DNA of 64,000 bases from Caulobacterales bacterium (lineage in GTDB: Bacteria > Pseudomonadota > Alphaproteobacteria > Caulobacterales > Caulobacteraceae). The translations under genes were made by a program, and so were the position numbers. The notes under the pieces were generated by a model. That model did no database searches. It was not told where the DNA came from and was given only the letters and a program-made list of their open reading frames with translations. This document shows, piece after piece, positions 1 through 10,189 of this stretch. The stretch spans positions 13,831 through 77,830 of the forward strand of contig JBIOEF010000002.1 in NCBI GenBank assembly GCA_044445785.1, read 5' to 3'. Within the stretch, counting starts at the first letter, position 1, and every line of letters begins with the position of its first letter.

Positions 1-83
1 TTAGGTCAAATTCCGCATGTCTTAGGGGCGAGCAGGCCGACCGGCTTGATCCCTCACCTGCTTGCAACGAAGGAGATCAAGCA

Positions 84-248
84 ATGTCGAAGTTCGTTTC
101 TCGTCTCATGAAGGACGAATCTGGCGCGACGGCCATTGAGTACGGCCTGATCGTGGCCCTTATCGCTGTGGTGATCATCAGCGCCGTGACCACTCTGGGC
201 GGCAACCTGAACAAGTCCCTCAGCACCGCCGGCAGCGCCATCCACTAA
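84..248 (+). CDS. pilA: Flp/Tad type IVc pilin 1 (54 aa; not in ORF track)
   Basis: Hand translation MSKFVSRLMKDESG^ATAIEYGLIVALIAVVIISAVTTLGGNLNKSLSTAGSAIH; Flp motif GATAIEY; AAGGAG RBS. Confidence 0.95.
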   Translation: MSKFVSRLMKDESGATAIEYGLIVALIAVVIISAVTTLGGNLNKSLSTAGSAIH

Positions 249-277
249 GCGCAGCGGCGTAACGCCAAAAGGTTCAG

Positions 278-308
278 GGGCCGCGGCGCAAGCCGCGGCC
301 CTTTCCTT
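278..308 (+). terminator. Intrinsic terminator after pilin 1
   Basis: GGGCCGCGGC-GCAA-GCCGCGGCCC stem with GNRA loop followed by TTTCCTT. Confidence 0.8.
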
Positions 309-348
309 ATTGGGCGCGGGCGTGGTTGCCGCGCATTGACTGCGTCCC

Positions 349-363
349 TTCAGGCTCCCTTAA
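349..363 (+). promoter_or_regulatory. CtrA-type box upstream of pilin 2
   Basis: TTCA-N7-TTAA (consensus TTAA-N7-TTAA); pilA is a known CtrA target in Caulobacter. Confidence 0.6.
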
Positions 364-452
364 AGTCCTAAGGCGTAGGCTGGCCTCTTCCAAGCGGAGG
401 GGCAGGATCGCCAACGGCGCCTCACCGGTCGAAATGGCCAGAGGAGCCACCC

Positions 453-617
453 ATGCACACCTTCATTTCCAGCTTCGCGCGCGACGAGTCCGGCGCCACG
501 GCCATCGAGTACGGCCTGATCGTGGCTCTTATCGCGGTGGTGATCATCAGCGCCGTGACCACTCTGGGCGGCAATCTGAACAAGACCCTCAGCACAGCGG
601 GCAGCGCCATCCACTAG
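453..617 (+). CDS. pilA: Flp pilin 2 (54 aa; not in ORF track)
   Basis: MHTFISSFARDESG^ATAIEYGLIVALIAVVIISAVTTLGGNLNKTLSTAGSAIH; GAGGAG RBS. Confidence 0.95.
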   Translation: MHTFISSFARDESGATAIEYGLIVALIAVVIISAVTTLGGNLNKTLSTAGSAIH

Positions 618-641
618 ACGCAGAATCCGATACGCAACTGA

Positions 642-677
642 GACTGGGCCGCGGTTCGGGTCGCGGCCCAGTCCTTT
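642..677 (+). terminator. Hairpin/terminator after pilin 2
   Basis: GACTGGGCCGCGG...TCGCGGCCCAGTC stem followed by CTTT. Confidence 0.7.
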
Positions 678-695
678 GCGATGCTGAAATGAGTC

Positions 696-733
696 TTAAT
701 TCTCGCTCACCTTCTCGCTTCAGCATCCTTTAA
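696..733 (+). promoter_or_regulatory. Two tandem CtrA-type boxes upstream of pilin 3
   Basis: TTAA-N7-TCAC (696-710) and TTCA-N7-TTAA (719-733); adjacent GANTC at 691-695. Confidence 0.6.
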
Positions 734-823
734 AACCCCTGCGTCATATTGCCCTCGTCAAGCGAGGGTGGGCAGAGCGCGGGTGGCGCCTCGTCAAGTC
801 CCAGATCGCAGAGGAGCCAAGCC

Positions 824-988
824 ATGCAGAAGTTCATCACGCGTTTCATGTCCAACCAGTCCGGCGCGACCGCCATCGAATACGGCCTGATCGTCGCCCT
901 CATCGCAGTCGTCATCATCGGCGCCGTTACGACGCTGGGCGGCAACCTCAACACCAGCCTTTCGACCGCCGGCAGCGCGATCCACTAG
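824..988 (+). CDS. pilA: Flp pilin 3 (54 aa)
   Basis: MQKFITRFMSNQSG^ATAIEYGLIVALIAVVIIGAVTTLGGNLNTSLSTAGSAIH; GAGGAG RBS. Confidence 0.95.
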   Translation: MQKFITRFMSNQSGATAIEYGLIVALIAVVIIGAVTTLGGNLNTSLSTAGSAIH

Positions 989-1093
989 CCGGTCTGGACC
1001 CAACACCTTCAAGTGGCCCGGTGAGAAACCTTTGGTTCACCTCACCGGGCCATTTTGCGTTTCGCATTCCGCCAGTTCCTCTCAAGAACCCGC

Positions 1094-1621
1094 ATGACGC
1101 CCGAGCTCGCCAAGACGTCCGTCCTTCTGGTCTACGCGGCGCTGGTGATCATCGCCGCGCTGAAGGACCTGTCGACCTTCACCATTCCCAACTGGATTTC
1201 CGCGGCGCTGGCGATCGCCTTCGTGCCGGCCGCGCTGATCATCGGTCTGACGCACGGCGCCAGCGGACTGAGCCTGGCCATGTCCATCGGCCTGAACCTG
1301 GCCCTGGGACTGGGCGTCCTGGTCCTGGCGGCGGGCATGTTCGCGCTGGGCTGGGTTGGCGGAGGCGACGCCAAGCTGATGGCGGCCTCTGCGCTTTGGA
1401 TCGGTCTGCCGGGTCTGGCGCCCTTCGCCCTCTACACGGGCCTCGCCGGCGGCGCCCTGGCCCTGGGACTGCTGGCGCTGCGCTCGGCGTGGCTGCGGCC
1501 GCTGGCGGCGGCGGGGCCGGCGTGGACGCGACGCTTGGCGACGCCTGGAGAGGCTGCGCCCTACGGGGTGGCGATCGCCTTCGGCGCCCTGGCCGCCTTC
1601 GCCGCCCATCCGATGATCTGA
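1094..1621 (+). CDS. cpaA: Prepilin peptidase (A24) CpaA/TadV
   Basis: D..TFTIPNW and GGGDAKL aspartic peptidase motifs, PYGVAI, multi-TM; position after pilins. Confidence 0.93.
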   Translation: MTPELAKTSVLLVYAALVIIAALKDLSTFTIPNWISAALAIAFVPAALIIGLTHGASGLSLAMSIGLNLALGLGVLVLAAGMFALGWVGGGDAKLMAASALWIGLPGLAPFALYTGLAGGALALGLLALRSAWLRPLAAAGPAWTRRLATPGEAAPYGVAIAFGALAAFAAHPMI

Positions 1622-1648
1622 ACGGGCGATGACCTGAACGGTCCCGCC

Positions 1649-1664
1649 TTAGGCCGCCGTTAAC
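1649..1664 (+). promoter_or_regulatory. CtrA-type box upstream of cpaB
   Basis: TTAG-N7-TTAAC. Confidence 0.6.
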
Positions 1665-1794
1665 TATGGGTCGCCCAATCTGACCGCGCGCCAGAAGGTC
1701 GCGTAGCCGATTCACCTCAAGGACCGTCCCTACGGTGACGAAGCCGCGGTCCTGATCAGAGTTCAACCCGCCGCCTGGGAGGCGCGGACCCATT

Positions 1795-2676
1795 ATGAAT
1801 CCCGCCCGCATCGCCATCATCCTGGTTGCCGGCATCGCCGCCGTCGCCCTCGCCCTTCTGGTTCGCAACATGGCCGCCAAACCCAAGATCGCGCCGATGG
1901 CGCAGGTTTCGAGTCAGGCCACCCAGATGATTCGCGTCTTGACCGCCAAGCAGGATCTCACCGTCGGCGACCGGCTGACCACCGACAATATGGCCTGGCA
2001 GTCGTGGCCGGCCGCGACGCTCAACCCGGCCTACGTCACCGACGGCATGGCCGCCGCGCCGAAGCCCGCCGCCTCGGGGCCGGTCAATCTCAATCTGGCT
2101 GGCAAGACCGTCACCGACATCGCCACCGGCGGCGGACCGAAGATGCAGTCGATGGTAGGCGGCATCGTCAAGGAAACCATCTACGCGGGCGAGCCGATCA
2201 CGGCCAAGAAGATCGTTCGCGGCGGCGATTCCGGCTACATGGCCGTCCGCCTGCCGCCTGGCACGCGGGCGATGAGCCTGCCGATCAACGTCGACAACGC
2301 CGCCGGCGGCTTCATCCAGCCAGGCGACCGGGTCGACGTGCTCTCGACCCACCAGGACACTGCGAAAGGCGGAACCGGCGGCCTGATCGCCGAGACCGTG
2401 CTCTCCAACATCAAGGTGCTCGCCGTCGACCAGCACACCGACACCCCCAAGAGCGGCACGACCATGATCGGCGCGACCATCACCTTGGAAGTGCCTGCGT
2501 CGAGCGCGGGAGCCCTGGCGAAAGCCAAGGCCCTCGGCGGCATGATGATCGCGCTCAGGTCCTACGCGGATATCGGCGGGGGATCCGGCGGCCCTTCCAG
2601 CGCCAGCACCGGCGCCGGTCATACCGTGCGCGTGTTCAAAGGCGACGCGCCCGTCGAATTGGTGACCTCGCGATGA
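1795..2676 (+). CDS. cpaB: Flp pilus assembly protein CpaB/RcpC
   Basis: N-terminal TM, SAF-like region, AGGFIQPGDRVDV motif; gene order. Confidence 0.93.
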   Translation: MNPARIAIILVAGIAAVALALLVRNMAAKPKIAPMAQVSSQATQMIRVLTAKQDLTVGDRLTTDNMAWQSWPAATLNPAYVTDGMAAAPKPAASGPVNLNLAGKTVTDIATGGGPKMQSMVGGIVKETIYAGEPITAKKIVRGGDSGYMAVRLPPGTRAMSLPINVDNAAGGFIQPGDRVDVLSTHQDTAKGGTGGLIAETVLSNIKVLAVDQHTDTPKSGTTMIGATITLEVPASSAGALAKAKALGGMMIALRSYADIGGGSGGPSSASTGAGHTVRVFKGDAPVELVTSR

Positions 2677-4238
2677 GCCCAAGAGCCACGTTCCTGAAAC
2701 TGCTGGCCGGCCTGATCGCCGGCGCCTGCCTCATCCTGCCGCCGGTGGCCAGCCACGCGGCCGGCGACGGCGCTTCGGTGATCAGGGTCGACCTGGCGGC
2801 GGGCGCCACGGCCCAGTCGCTGGCCCTGCCGGAGGGGCGTTCGGCGGTGATCGAGCTGCCGGTCGACGCGCGCGACGTGCTGGTCAGCAACCCGACGGTG
2901 GCCGAGGCGGTGCTGCGCACGCCGAGGCGCATCTATGTCATCGGGCAGAAGACCGGCGTCACTGACGCCGTGTTCTTCGACGGCGCCGGCCGGCGCATCC
3001 TTACCCTCAGCATCCGCGTCGACCAGAACACCTCGGCGCTCTCCGACACGATCAATCGGGTCATTCCCGGCTCCCACGTCAAGGCGGAGTCGATCAACGA
3101 CAGCGTCATCCTGTCCGGGGTGGTGATGAGTGAATCGGACTCGGACAAGGCGGTCCAGATCGCCAGGGCGACGGTGGTCAGCCCGGACAAGGTGCTGAAC
3201 ATGCTGGGCATCGCCGGCAAGGACCAGGTGATGCTGAAGGTGCGCATCGTCGAAATGGACCGCCAGGTCATCAAGCAGCTGGGCGTAAACTGGCAGGCGG
3301 TGGTCGGCCAGGCCGGCTCGCCTCAATTCATCCTCGGCACCGCCGCTACCTTCGGCATCAACGGCGCGCTGCTCGGCGGCCTCACGGGCGGCGCCAGCCA
3401 GGACACCACCACCCAGCCGATATCTCATACCGTCAGCGCAAACCCCCTGCTGAACGGCTTGCCGATCGTCTGTCGCGTGGCATGCACCAACGGCGGTCAG
3501 GGCGTGATCTCGACGCTTCAGCCCACCGCGGGATCCACCGGCCTGAACAAGGGCTCTGGCAACCTCCAGGCCTTCGAACGCGTTGGCCTGGTGCGCACCC
3601 TGGCCGAACCGAACCTGACCGCCGTCTCCGGCGAATCGGCCAAGTTCCTGGTCGGCGGCGAATTTCCCGTGCCCACCTCTGAAGACCAGACCGGGAGGGT
3701 CTCGGTGGAGTTCAAGCCTTTCGGCGTCGGACTGGGCTTCACCCCGATCGTGCTCTCCGGCGGGCGGATTTCGCTGAAGCTGTCCACCGAGGTCTCCGAG
3801 CTCAGCAACCAGGGCGCCTTCGACCTCAGCACCGGCGCGGGCGGCCCGACGCTGGTCATTCCATCGCTGACCGTGCGGCGCGCGGAAACGACGGTAGAAC
3901 TCCCCTCTGGCGGGGCGATGATGATCGCCGGCCTGCTCAAGGATGAGTCCGCGCAGGACCTCGACTCCCTGCCCGGCGTCAAGGATCTGCCGATCCTGGG
4001 CGCGCTCTTCCGCTCTCGGGACTATCAGGCCGGCCAGACGGAGCTGGTGATCATTGTCACCCCCTATCTGGTCACCACGGCCAACCCGCAGGATCTGCAG
4101 ACGCCCATGGACGGCCTGAAGATCGCCAACGACCTCGACACCATTTTCCTGGGTCGGCTGAACAAGACCTACAAGCACGCGCCGCCAGCGACGCCGGGAA
4201 GAACCTATCAAGGTCCTTATGGCTATGTGGTCGAGTAA
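2673..4238 (+). CDS. cpaC: Pilus secretin CpaC/RcpA
   Basis: Signal peptide from ATG 2673 (ATGA overlap with cpaB); LAEPNLTAVSGESAKFLVGGEFP and LPILGALFRS...TELVIIVTP secretin motifs. Confidence 0.95.
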   Translation: MSPRATFLKLLAGLIAGACLILPPVASHAAGDGASVIRVDLAAGATAQSLALPEGRSAVIELPVDARDVLVSNPTVAEAVLRTPRRIYVIGQKTGVTDAVFFDGAGRRILTLSIRVDQNTSALSDTINRVIPGSHVKAESINDSVILSGVVMSESDSDKAVQIARATVVSPDKVLNMLGIAGKDQVMLKVRIVEMDRQVIKQLGVNWQAVVGQAGSPQFILGTAATFGINGALLGGLTGGASQDTTTQPISHTVSANPLLNGLPIVCRVACTNGGQGVISTLQPTAGSTGLNKGSGNLQAFERVGLVRTLAEPNLTAVSGESAKFLVGGEFPVPTSEDQTGRVSVEFKPFGVGLGFTPIVLSGGRISLKLSTEVSELSNQGAFDLSTGAGGPTLVIPSLTVRRAETTVELPSGGAMMIAGLLKDESAQDLDSLPGVKDLPILGALFRSRDYQAGQTELVIIVTPYLVTTANPQDLQTPMDGLKIANDLDTIFLGRLNKTYKHAPPATPGRTYQGPYGYVVE

Positions 4239-4260
4239 CGTGACCTGGGAGCGTTTGATC

Positions 4261-4935
4261 ATGCGCGCAGCAACTGCGCCCCTCCTCATTGGCCTGCTGG
4301 CGCTAGGCGCCTGCGCCGGGACTGGGGGGACAGGCAAACCCGATCCGATCCTGCCGACGGAGCGCTTCTCCATCGACGTGCGCTCCGCGCCCGAGGAGCT
4401 GAAGCTGGCGTCCCATACGACGGGTCTGACGAGCACCCAGGCCGACGCGCTTGAGACGTTCGCCCATGACTGGATGGACGCCGAGGGCGGGGACATCACC
4501 ATCAAGGCGCCCGAGCACGGCGATGATCCGGCCGGCGCCTACCGCACCGCGACCGGCGCGCGCGACGTGCTGATGGCCCAAGGGGCCGCGGCCCAGAAGG
4601 TTCGCATCGTCGGCTACGAGGCCGGCGGCGATCCCCACGCCCCGATCATCGTCGCCTTCCTGCGCTACCACGCCCAGGGGCCCGACTGCGGCCATGAGTG
4701 GGGCAATCTAGCCTCGACGGCCGACAACAACGGGTACGCCGAATTCGGCTGCTCGGTCACCGCCAACATGGCGGCCCAGATCGCCAACCCGGCCGACCTG
4801 CTGGGCCCGAGGGACAGCCCTCCCCCTGACGCCGGGCGCCGGCAGACGATCCTCGATCACTACCGCAAGGGCGACATCAGCTCTTCGACGAAGGACCCGC
4901 AGGCCGACGGCACCTTCTCCAAGGTGGGGCAGTGA
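4261..4935 (+). CDS. cpaD: Pilus lipoprotein CpaD
   Basis: Lipobox LGAC; FGCSVTANMAAQIANPADL motif. Confidence 0.9.
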   Translation: MRAATAPLLIGLLALGACAGTGGTGKPDPILPTERFSIDVRSAPEELKLASHTTGLTSTQADALETFAHDWMDAEGGDITIKAPEHGDDPAGAYRTATGARDVLMAQGAAAQKVRIVGYEAGGDPHAPIIVAFLRYHAQGPDCGHEWGNLASTADNNGYAEFGCSVTANMAAQIANPADLLGPRDSPPPDAGRRQTILDHYRKGDISSSTKDPQADGTFSKVGQ

Positions 4936-4939
4936 TCCT

Positions 4940-6637
4940 ATGACCCCCAAGAACGCCGACAGCCCCGATCCCTTCGATCTTGAGTTCGACGCCGACGACG
5001 AGTTCGCCTCCTCGGCCTCGCCCGCCGTCGCCGCGTCCGAGTCGGCGGAGACGCCGCCCGCGGCGGAACCCGATCTGACCGCGCTGCTCGCGGCGGCCGC
5101 CAAGCCGCCCGCGCCTGCGGCCGAATCCTCCGACCCCTGGGCCGATCTCGCCGCCGAAACGGCGGTGGGCGCCGAGCCGTCAGACAAACCAGCCGCCGAT
5201 CCGTGGGCCGACCTCGCCGGCGACAAGCCCGCCGAGAAGAGCGCCTCTGCGGACCCCTGGGCCGAGACGTCCATCGGCCACGCGCCCGAGACCGGACCTT
5301 CTCCCGACCCCTTCGCGGGGCTGCCGACGGCGGGAGCAGTCGCCGCAACACCGGACTTCGACGATGCGCCTTCGGCCGCCCCGCCGGCGTCAAATCCGAT
5401 CGCCGAGATGCTGGCCAGCGCCGAGGCGGCGCTGGGCGAGCACACCGTGCCCAGGATCACCATCCACGCCTTCTGCACGCGGCCCGAAATGACCGAGCTG
5501 GTCCAGCGCGCCTCCACCGATCGTCGGATGGAGCGGGCCAAGACCATCGTTCACGAAGGCGGTCTCTCGGCGGCGGTGGACTTCTACCAGAACCAGCCGA
5601 CGCCATCCCTGGTGATCGTCGAGAGCCTCGACGCCGCCTCCGAGCTATTGAGCCTGCTGGCCCGCCTGGCCGAGGTGTGCGACCCGGGCACCAAGGTGAT
5701 CGTGATCGGCGCCGCCAACGATATCAGCCTCTATCGCGAACTGATGCGCCGCGGGGTCAGCGAGTATCTGGTGCCGCCGCTCAGCCCCCTGCAGCTGATC
5801 GCCGCCGTCACCGCCCTCTACGCCGACCCGGCGCAGCCGTTCATCGGCCGCCAGATCGCCTTCTGCGGCGCCAAGGGCGGCGCCGGCGCCTCGACCATCG
5901 CCCACAATATCGCTCACCTGATCTCCGAGCGGATGGGCGCCAATACCGTGCTGGTCGATCTGGACCTCGCCTTCGGCACCGCCGGTCTGGATTTCAACCA
6001 GGACCCGCTGCACGGCATCGGCGACGCGCTCTCCCAGCCTGACCGCCTGGATTCGGTCCTGATGGAGCGGATGATGGCCCGCTGCGGCGATCACCTGTCG
6101 CTGTTCGCGGCGCCCGCCAACCTGGAGCAGGACTTCGATATCCCCTCGGAAACCTTCGAGGACGTCACCCAGAAGATCCGCGCCTCGACGCCCTACGTCG
6201 TGCTCGACCTGCCGCACGCCTGGACCGCCTGGAAGCGCCGCATGCTGATCACCTCGGACGACCTGGTGATCGTGGCCGAGCCGGACCTGGCTTCGCTGCG
6301 CAACGCCAAGAACATCATCGACCTGGTCAAATCGGCCCGTCCCAACGACGCCAGCCCGCGGGTGGTGCTGAACAAGGTGGGCGTGCCTGGCCGTCCGGAG
6401 ATTCCGGTGAAGGATTTCGGCGACGCCCTGGGCGTGGCGCCGGCGATGGTCATCACCTTCGACGCCAAGCTGTTCGGCGCGGCGACCAACAACGGCCAGA
6501 TGATCGGCGAGGTCGGACCCAAGTCGAAGCAGGCCGAAAGCCTGGACCTGCTGGCGCAGATGATCAGCCGTCGGGAAACGAGCATTGAGCCGCCAGCCAA
6601 GACCTCGTCTCTGCTCGGCTTCCTGATGAGAAAGTAG
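4940..6637 (+). CDS. cpaE: CpaE/TadZ (acidic disordered N-terminus, receiver-like domain, MinD/ParA-like ATPase)
   Basis: GAKGGAGASTIA deviant Walker A, DLDLAFG; gene order. Confidence 0.93.
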   Translation: MTPKNADSPDPFDLEFDADDEFASSASPAVAASESAETPPAAEPDLTALLAAAAKPPAPAAESSDPWADLAAETAVGAEPSDKPAADPWADLAGDKPAEKSASADPWAETSIGHAPETGPSPDPFAGLPTAGAVAATPDFDDAPSAAPPASNPIAEMLASAEAALGEHTVPRITIHAFCTRPEMTELVQRASTDRRMERAKTIVHEGGLSAAVDFYQNQPTPSLVIVESLDAASELLSLLARLAEVCDPGTKVIVIGAANDISLYRELMRRGVSEYLVPPLSPLQLIAAVTALYADPAQPFIGRQIAFCGAKGGAGASTIAHNIAHLISERMGANTVLVDLDLAFGTAGLDFNQDPLHGIGDALSQPDRLDSVLMERMMARCGDHLSLFAAPANLEQDFDIPSETFEDVTQKIRASTPYVVLDLPHAWTAWKRRMLITSDDLVIVAEPDLASLRNAKNIIDLVKSARPNDASPRVVLNKVGVPGRPEIPVKDFGDALGVAPAMVITFDAKLFGAATNNGQMIGEVGPKSKQAESLDLLAQMISRRETSIEPPAKTSSLLGFLMRK

Positions 6638-6646
6638 CGTCCCAGC

Positions 6647-8170
6647 GTGTTCGGAAAGCGCGCGTCAGATCAGCCCGCGGCGCCTCAGCGCCAAGCGCCG
6701 CCGCCGGCCGAGGTCGGCGCGCCGGCCATCGCCACGCGTCCGCAGCAGCTCGAACCAGCGGCGGCGCCCGCGCCGGCGGGTCCGCCGGCTGGCGGCGCGC
6801 CAAGGCAAGGGGGAGCATCGCCCGGCCCCAAGCCGACGCCGGGCCTGGAGCAGCTGCACGCCGCCCAGGGCATCCCCGCCGAGATCGTCCGTGAACAGAG
6901 CGACTACTACCACGCCACCAAGACGCTGATCTTCAACGCGCTGCTCAACACCATCGACCTGGCCCAGCTCGCCCAGCTGGACGCGGCGACGGCGGCCGAA
7001 GAGATCCGCGACATCGTCGCCGAACTGGTGGCGATCAAGAACGTCTCGATGTCGGTGGCCGAGACCGACCACCTGGTCCAGGACGTGATCAACGACGTCC
7101 TCGGCTACGGGCCGCTGGAGCCGCTGCTTTCGCGCGACGAGATCGCCGACATCATGTGCAACGGCGCCAACCGGGTGTTCATCGAAGTCGGCGGCAAGGT
7201 CCAGCTGACCAACGTGCGCTTCCGCGACAACGCCCAGCTGATGAACATCTGCCAGCGGATCGTCAGCCAGGTCGGCCGGCGGGTCGACGAAGCCTCGCCC
7301 ATCTGCGACGCGCGCCTGCCCGACGGCAGCCGGGTCAATGTCATCTCCTATCCGCTGTCGCTGGATGGACCCACCCTCACCATCCGGAAATTCCGCAAAG
7401 ACAAGCTGACCATGAAGAACCTGGTCGACTATGCGTCGATCAGTCCGGAAGGCGCGCGGGTGCTTGGCGTCATCGGCGCTTGCCGATGCAACATCATCAT
7501 CTCCGGCGGCACCGGCTCGGGCAAAACCACCTTGCTCAATACGCTCACCGCCTTCATCGACCCCACCGAGCGGGTGATCACCTGCGAGGACGCCGCCGAG
7601 CTGCAGCTGCAGCAGCCGCACGTGGTGCGCCTGGAAACGCGGCCGCCGAACCTGGAGGGCAGCGGCTCCATCACCATGCGCGATCTGGTGAAGAACTGCC
7701 TCAGAATGCGTCCCGAGCGGATCATCGTCGGCGAGGTGCGCGGACCCGAAGCCTTCGACCTGCTGCAGGCCATGAACACCGGCCACGATGGCTCCATGGG
7801 CACCCTGCACGCCAACTCGCCGCGCGAAGCCATCAGCCGCGTGGAATCGATGATCACCATGGGCGGCTATGGCCTGCCTTCGAAGACCATCCGCGAGATG
7901 ATCGTGGGTTCGGTGGACGTGATCATCCAGGCCGCGCGCCTGCGCGACGGTTCACGGCGGATCACCCACATCACCGAGGTGGTCGGGCTGGAGGGCGACG
8001 TCATCGTCACCCAGGACCTGTTCGTCTACGAGATCACCGGCGAGGACCAGAACGGCAACGTCCTGGGCCGCCACCGCTCGACCGGCATCGCCCGCCCGCG
8101 CTTCTGGGACCGCGCCCGCTACTACGGCCTGGAGCGCGAGCTGGCCGAAGCGCTCGACGCGGCGGAGTAG
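6647..8170 (+). CDS. cpaF: Pilus ATPase CpaF/TadA
   Basis: [40 protein letters not shown]. Confidence 0.97.
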   Translation: MFGKRASDQPAAPQRQAPPPAEVGAPAIATRPQQLEPAAAPAPAGPPAGGAPRQGGASPGPKPTPGLEQLHAAQGIPAEIVREQSDYYHATKTLIFNALLNTIDLAQLAQLDAATAAEEIRDIVAELVAIKNVSMSVAETDHLVQDVINDVLGYGPLEPLLSRDEIADIMCNGANRVFIEVGGKVQLTNVRFRDNAQLMNICQRIVSQVGRRVDEASPICDARLPDGSRVNVISYPLSLDGPTLTIRKFRKDKLTMKNLVDYASISPEGARVLGVIGACRCNIIISGGTGSGKTTLLNTLTAFIDPTERVITCEDAAELQLQQPHVVRLETRPPNLEGSGSITMRDLVKNCLRMRPERIIVGEVRGPEAFDLLQAMNTGHDGSMGTLHANSPREAISRVESMITMGGYGLPSKTIREMIVGSVDVIIQAARLRDGSRRITHITEVVGLEGDVIVTQDLFVYEITGEDQNGNVLGRHRSTGIARPRFWDRARYYGLERELAEALDAAE

Positions 8171-8176
8171 ACGCCG

Positions 8177-9172
8177 ATGGATCAGTCCACGCTGCTGATC
8201 GTCATCGCCGGGGCCCTCGTCTTTGTGGTCATCGTCGGCGTCGGCTTCGCCTTTGCTGGGGGCAATCCCAACCAGGACCGGGCGGTCAAGCGCGCCCAGG
8301 CGATCACCGGCGCCGGGGCGCGGGACGTGCGCCGCGCCCGCGTGGCGCAGAACGCCAATTCGCCTGACGCCCGCCGCAAGCAGATCGTCAAGAGCCTGAA
8401 GGATCAGGAGCGGCAGCAGAAGAGGGCGCGGCTGACGCTGACCAACAAGCTGAGCCAGGCGGGTCTCAGCATCACCGTGACCCAATTCTGGATGATCGGC
8501 GGCGGGTTCGGCCTCACCGTCGCGGCGGTGATGTTCTTCATGCGCATCAGCCCCCTGGTGTCGCTGGGGCTGGGCGGCGCGTGCGCCCTCGGACTGCCGC
8601 TCTGGGTCCTGGGGTTCCTGGCCAAGCGGCGGATGAACAAGTTCACCGCCGTCTTCTCCGACGCCATGGACATCATCGTCCGCGGCATCAAGTCGGGCCT
8701 GCCGGTGCATGACTGCCTGAAGATCATCGGCCGCGAGACCCCCGAGCCGTCGGGCGGCGAATTCCGCCGCCTGGTGGAGAACATCGGCATGGGGATGACG
8801 CTGGATCAGGCGCTCGACAAACTCTACGAGCGGATGCCGACCTCGGAGGTGCGGTTCTTCTCCATCGTCATGAACATCCAGCAGAAGACCGGCGGCAACC
8901 TCGCCGAGGCGCTGGGCAACCTTTCGGCGGTGCTGCGCTCGCGAAAGCTGATGCGCGAGAAGATCAAGGCGCTTTCGTCGGAGGCCACCGCCTCGGCCTT
9001 CATCATCGGGTCGATGCCGCCGGCCGTGATCATGCTGATCATGGTGACCACGCCCTCCTACATGGCCCCGATGTTCAGCGACAATCGCGGCAAGCTGATG
9101 CTGCTGGGCGGGGGCATGTGGATGGCGATCGGCATCTGGGTCATGCGGCGCATGATCAACTTTAAGTTCTGA
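8177..9172 (+). CDS. tadB: TadB inner membrane platform protein
   Basis: T2SS-F-like domain, QQKTGGNLAEAL motif. Confidence 0.92.
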   Translation: MDQSTLLIVIAGALVFVVIVGVGFAFAGGNPNQDRAVKRAQAITGAGARDVRRARVAQNANSPDARRKQIVKSLKDQERQQKRARLTLTNKLSQAGLSITVTQFWMIGGGFGLTVAAVMFFMRISPLVSLGLGGACALGLPLWVLGFLAKRRMNKFTAVFSDAMDIIVRGIKSGLPVHDCLKIIGRETPEPSGGEFRRLVENIGMGMTLDQALDKLYERMPTSEVRFFSIVMNIQQKTGGNLAEALGNLSAVLRSRKLMREKIKALSSEATASAFIIGSMPPAVIMLIMVTTPSYMAPMFSDNRGKLMLLGGGMWMAIGIWVMRRMINFKF

Positions 9173-9185
9173 GGGCTGGCCTGAA

Positions 9186-10169
9186 ATGGACTGGGTCGAG
9201 ATCCTCACCAATCCGGACAACATCCTCTCGGCGGTGACCGCCATCGTGGTCTTCTTCACGGTGGTGACCCTGGCCAGCCCGGCGTTCCAGCGCTCCAGCC
9301 TGGAGAACCGGCTCAAATCGGTGGCCAATCGGCGCGAGGAGCTGCGGCGCAAGTCGCGCGAGGCGCTGGCCGGCAAGGGCGCGACCTCGATCCGGCGGAC
9401 CGACGAAGGCCTCTACAAGCGGGTCGTGGACCAGCTGCAGCTCTCTCGGCTGCTCGAGGACACCAACATCACCGACAAGCTGGCGCAGGCGGGCTTTCGT
9501 GGGCCAAGCGCCGTCACGCGGTTCTACTTCTTCCGCATGATCATGCCCTTCGCGCTGGCGGCCTTCGCCGGCTTCTACCTGTTCCTGATCAACGGCTTTG
9601 GCCTGCCGCTGATGACGCGCCTGGCGGGCTGCGTGGCGGCGCTGGTGGCCGGCTACTATGCGCCGAACCTCTACATCAGCAACATCGCCACCAAGCGGCG
9701 CGAGTCGATCGTGGCGGTGTTCCCCGACGCTCTCGACCTGCTGCTGATCTGCGTGGAATCCGGCATGTCGATCGAGGCGGCGATCCAAAAGGTCAGCCAG
9801 GAGGTCGGCGGCAGCTCCATCGAGCTGGCGGAGGAACTGACCCTGCTCACCGCCGAGCTGTCCTACCTCCCAGAGCGGCGGATGGCCTACGAGGGCCTGG
9901 CCAAGCGCACCAACCATCCAGGCGTCAAGGCGGTGGTGACGGCGATGATCCAGGCCGAGCGCTACGGAACGCCGCTGGGCACGGCGCTGCGGGTGATGGC
10001 CAAGGAAAACCGCGAGCTTCGTCTGGCGGCCGCCGAGAAGAAGGCCGCGGCGCTTCCCGCTCAGCTCACCGTGCCGATGATCCTGTTCTTCCTGCCCGTG
10101 CTCTTCGTGGTCATCCTGGGCCCGGCGATCCTGAAGGTGCAGGACGTGATGGCGCACCAGGCGAAGTAG
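9186..10169 (+). CDS. tadC: TadC inner membrane platform protein
   Basis: FPDALDLLLICVESG, QAERYGTPL, LTVPMILFFLP motifs. Confidence 0.93.
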   Translation: MDWVEILTNPDNILSAVTAIVVFFTVVTLASPAFQRSSLENRLKSVANRREELRRKSREALAGKGATSIRRTDEGLYKRVVDQLQLSRLLEDTNITDKLAQAGFRGPSAVTRFYFFRMIMPFALAAFAGFYLFLINGFGLPLMTRLAGCVAALVAGYYAPNLYISNIATKRRESIVAVFPDALDLLLICVESGMSIEAAIQKVSQEVGGSSIELAEELTLLTAELSYLPERRMAYEGLAKRTNHPGVKAVVTAMIQAERYGTPLGTALRVMAKENRELRLAAAEKKAAALPAQLTVPMILFFLPVLFVVILGPAILKVQDVMAHQAK

Positions 10170-10189
10170 CCGATAGCCAGGCGATCAGC

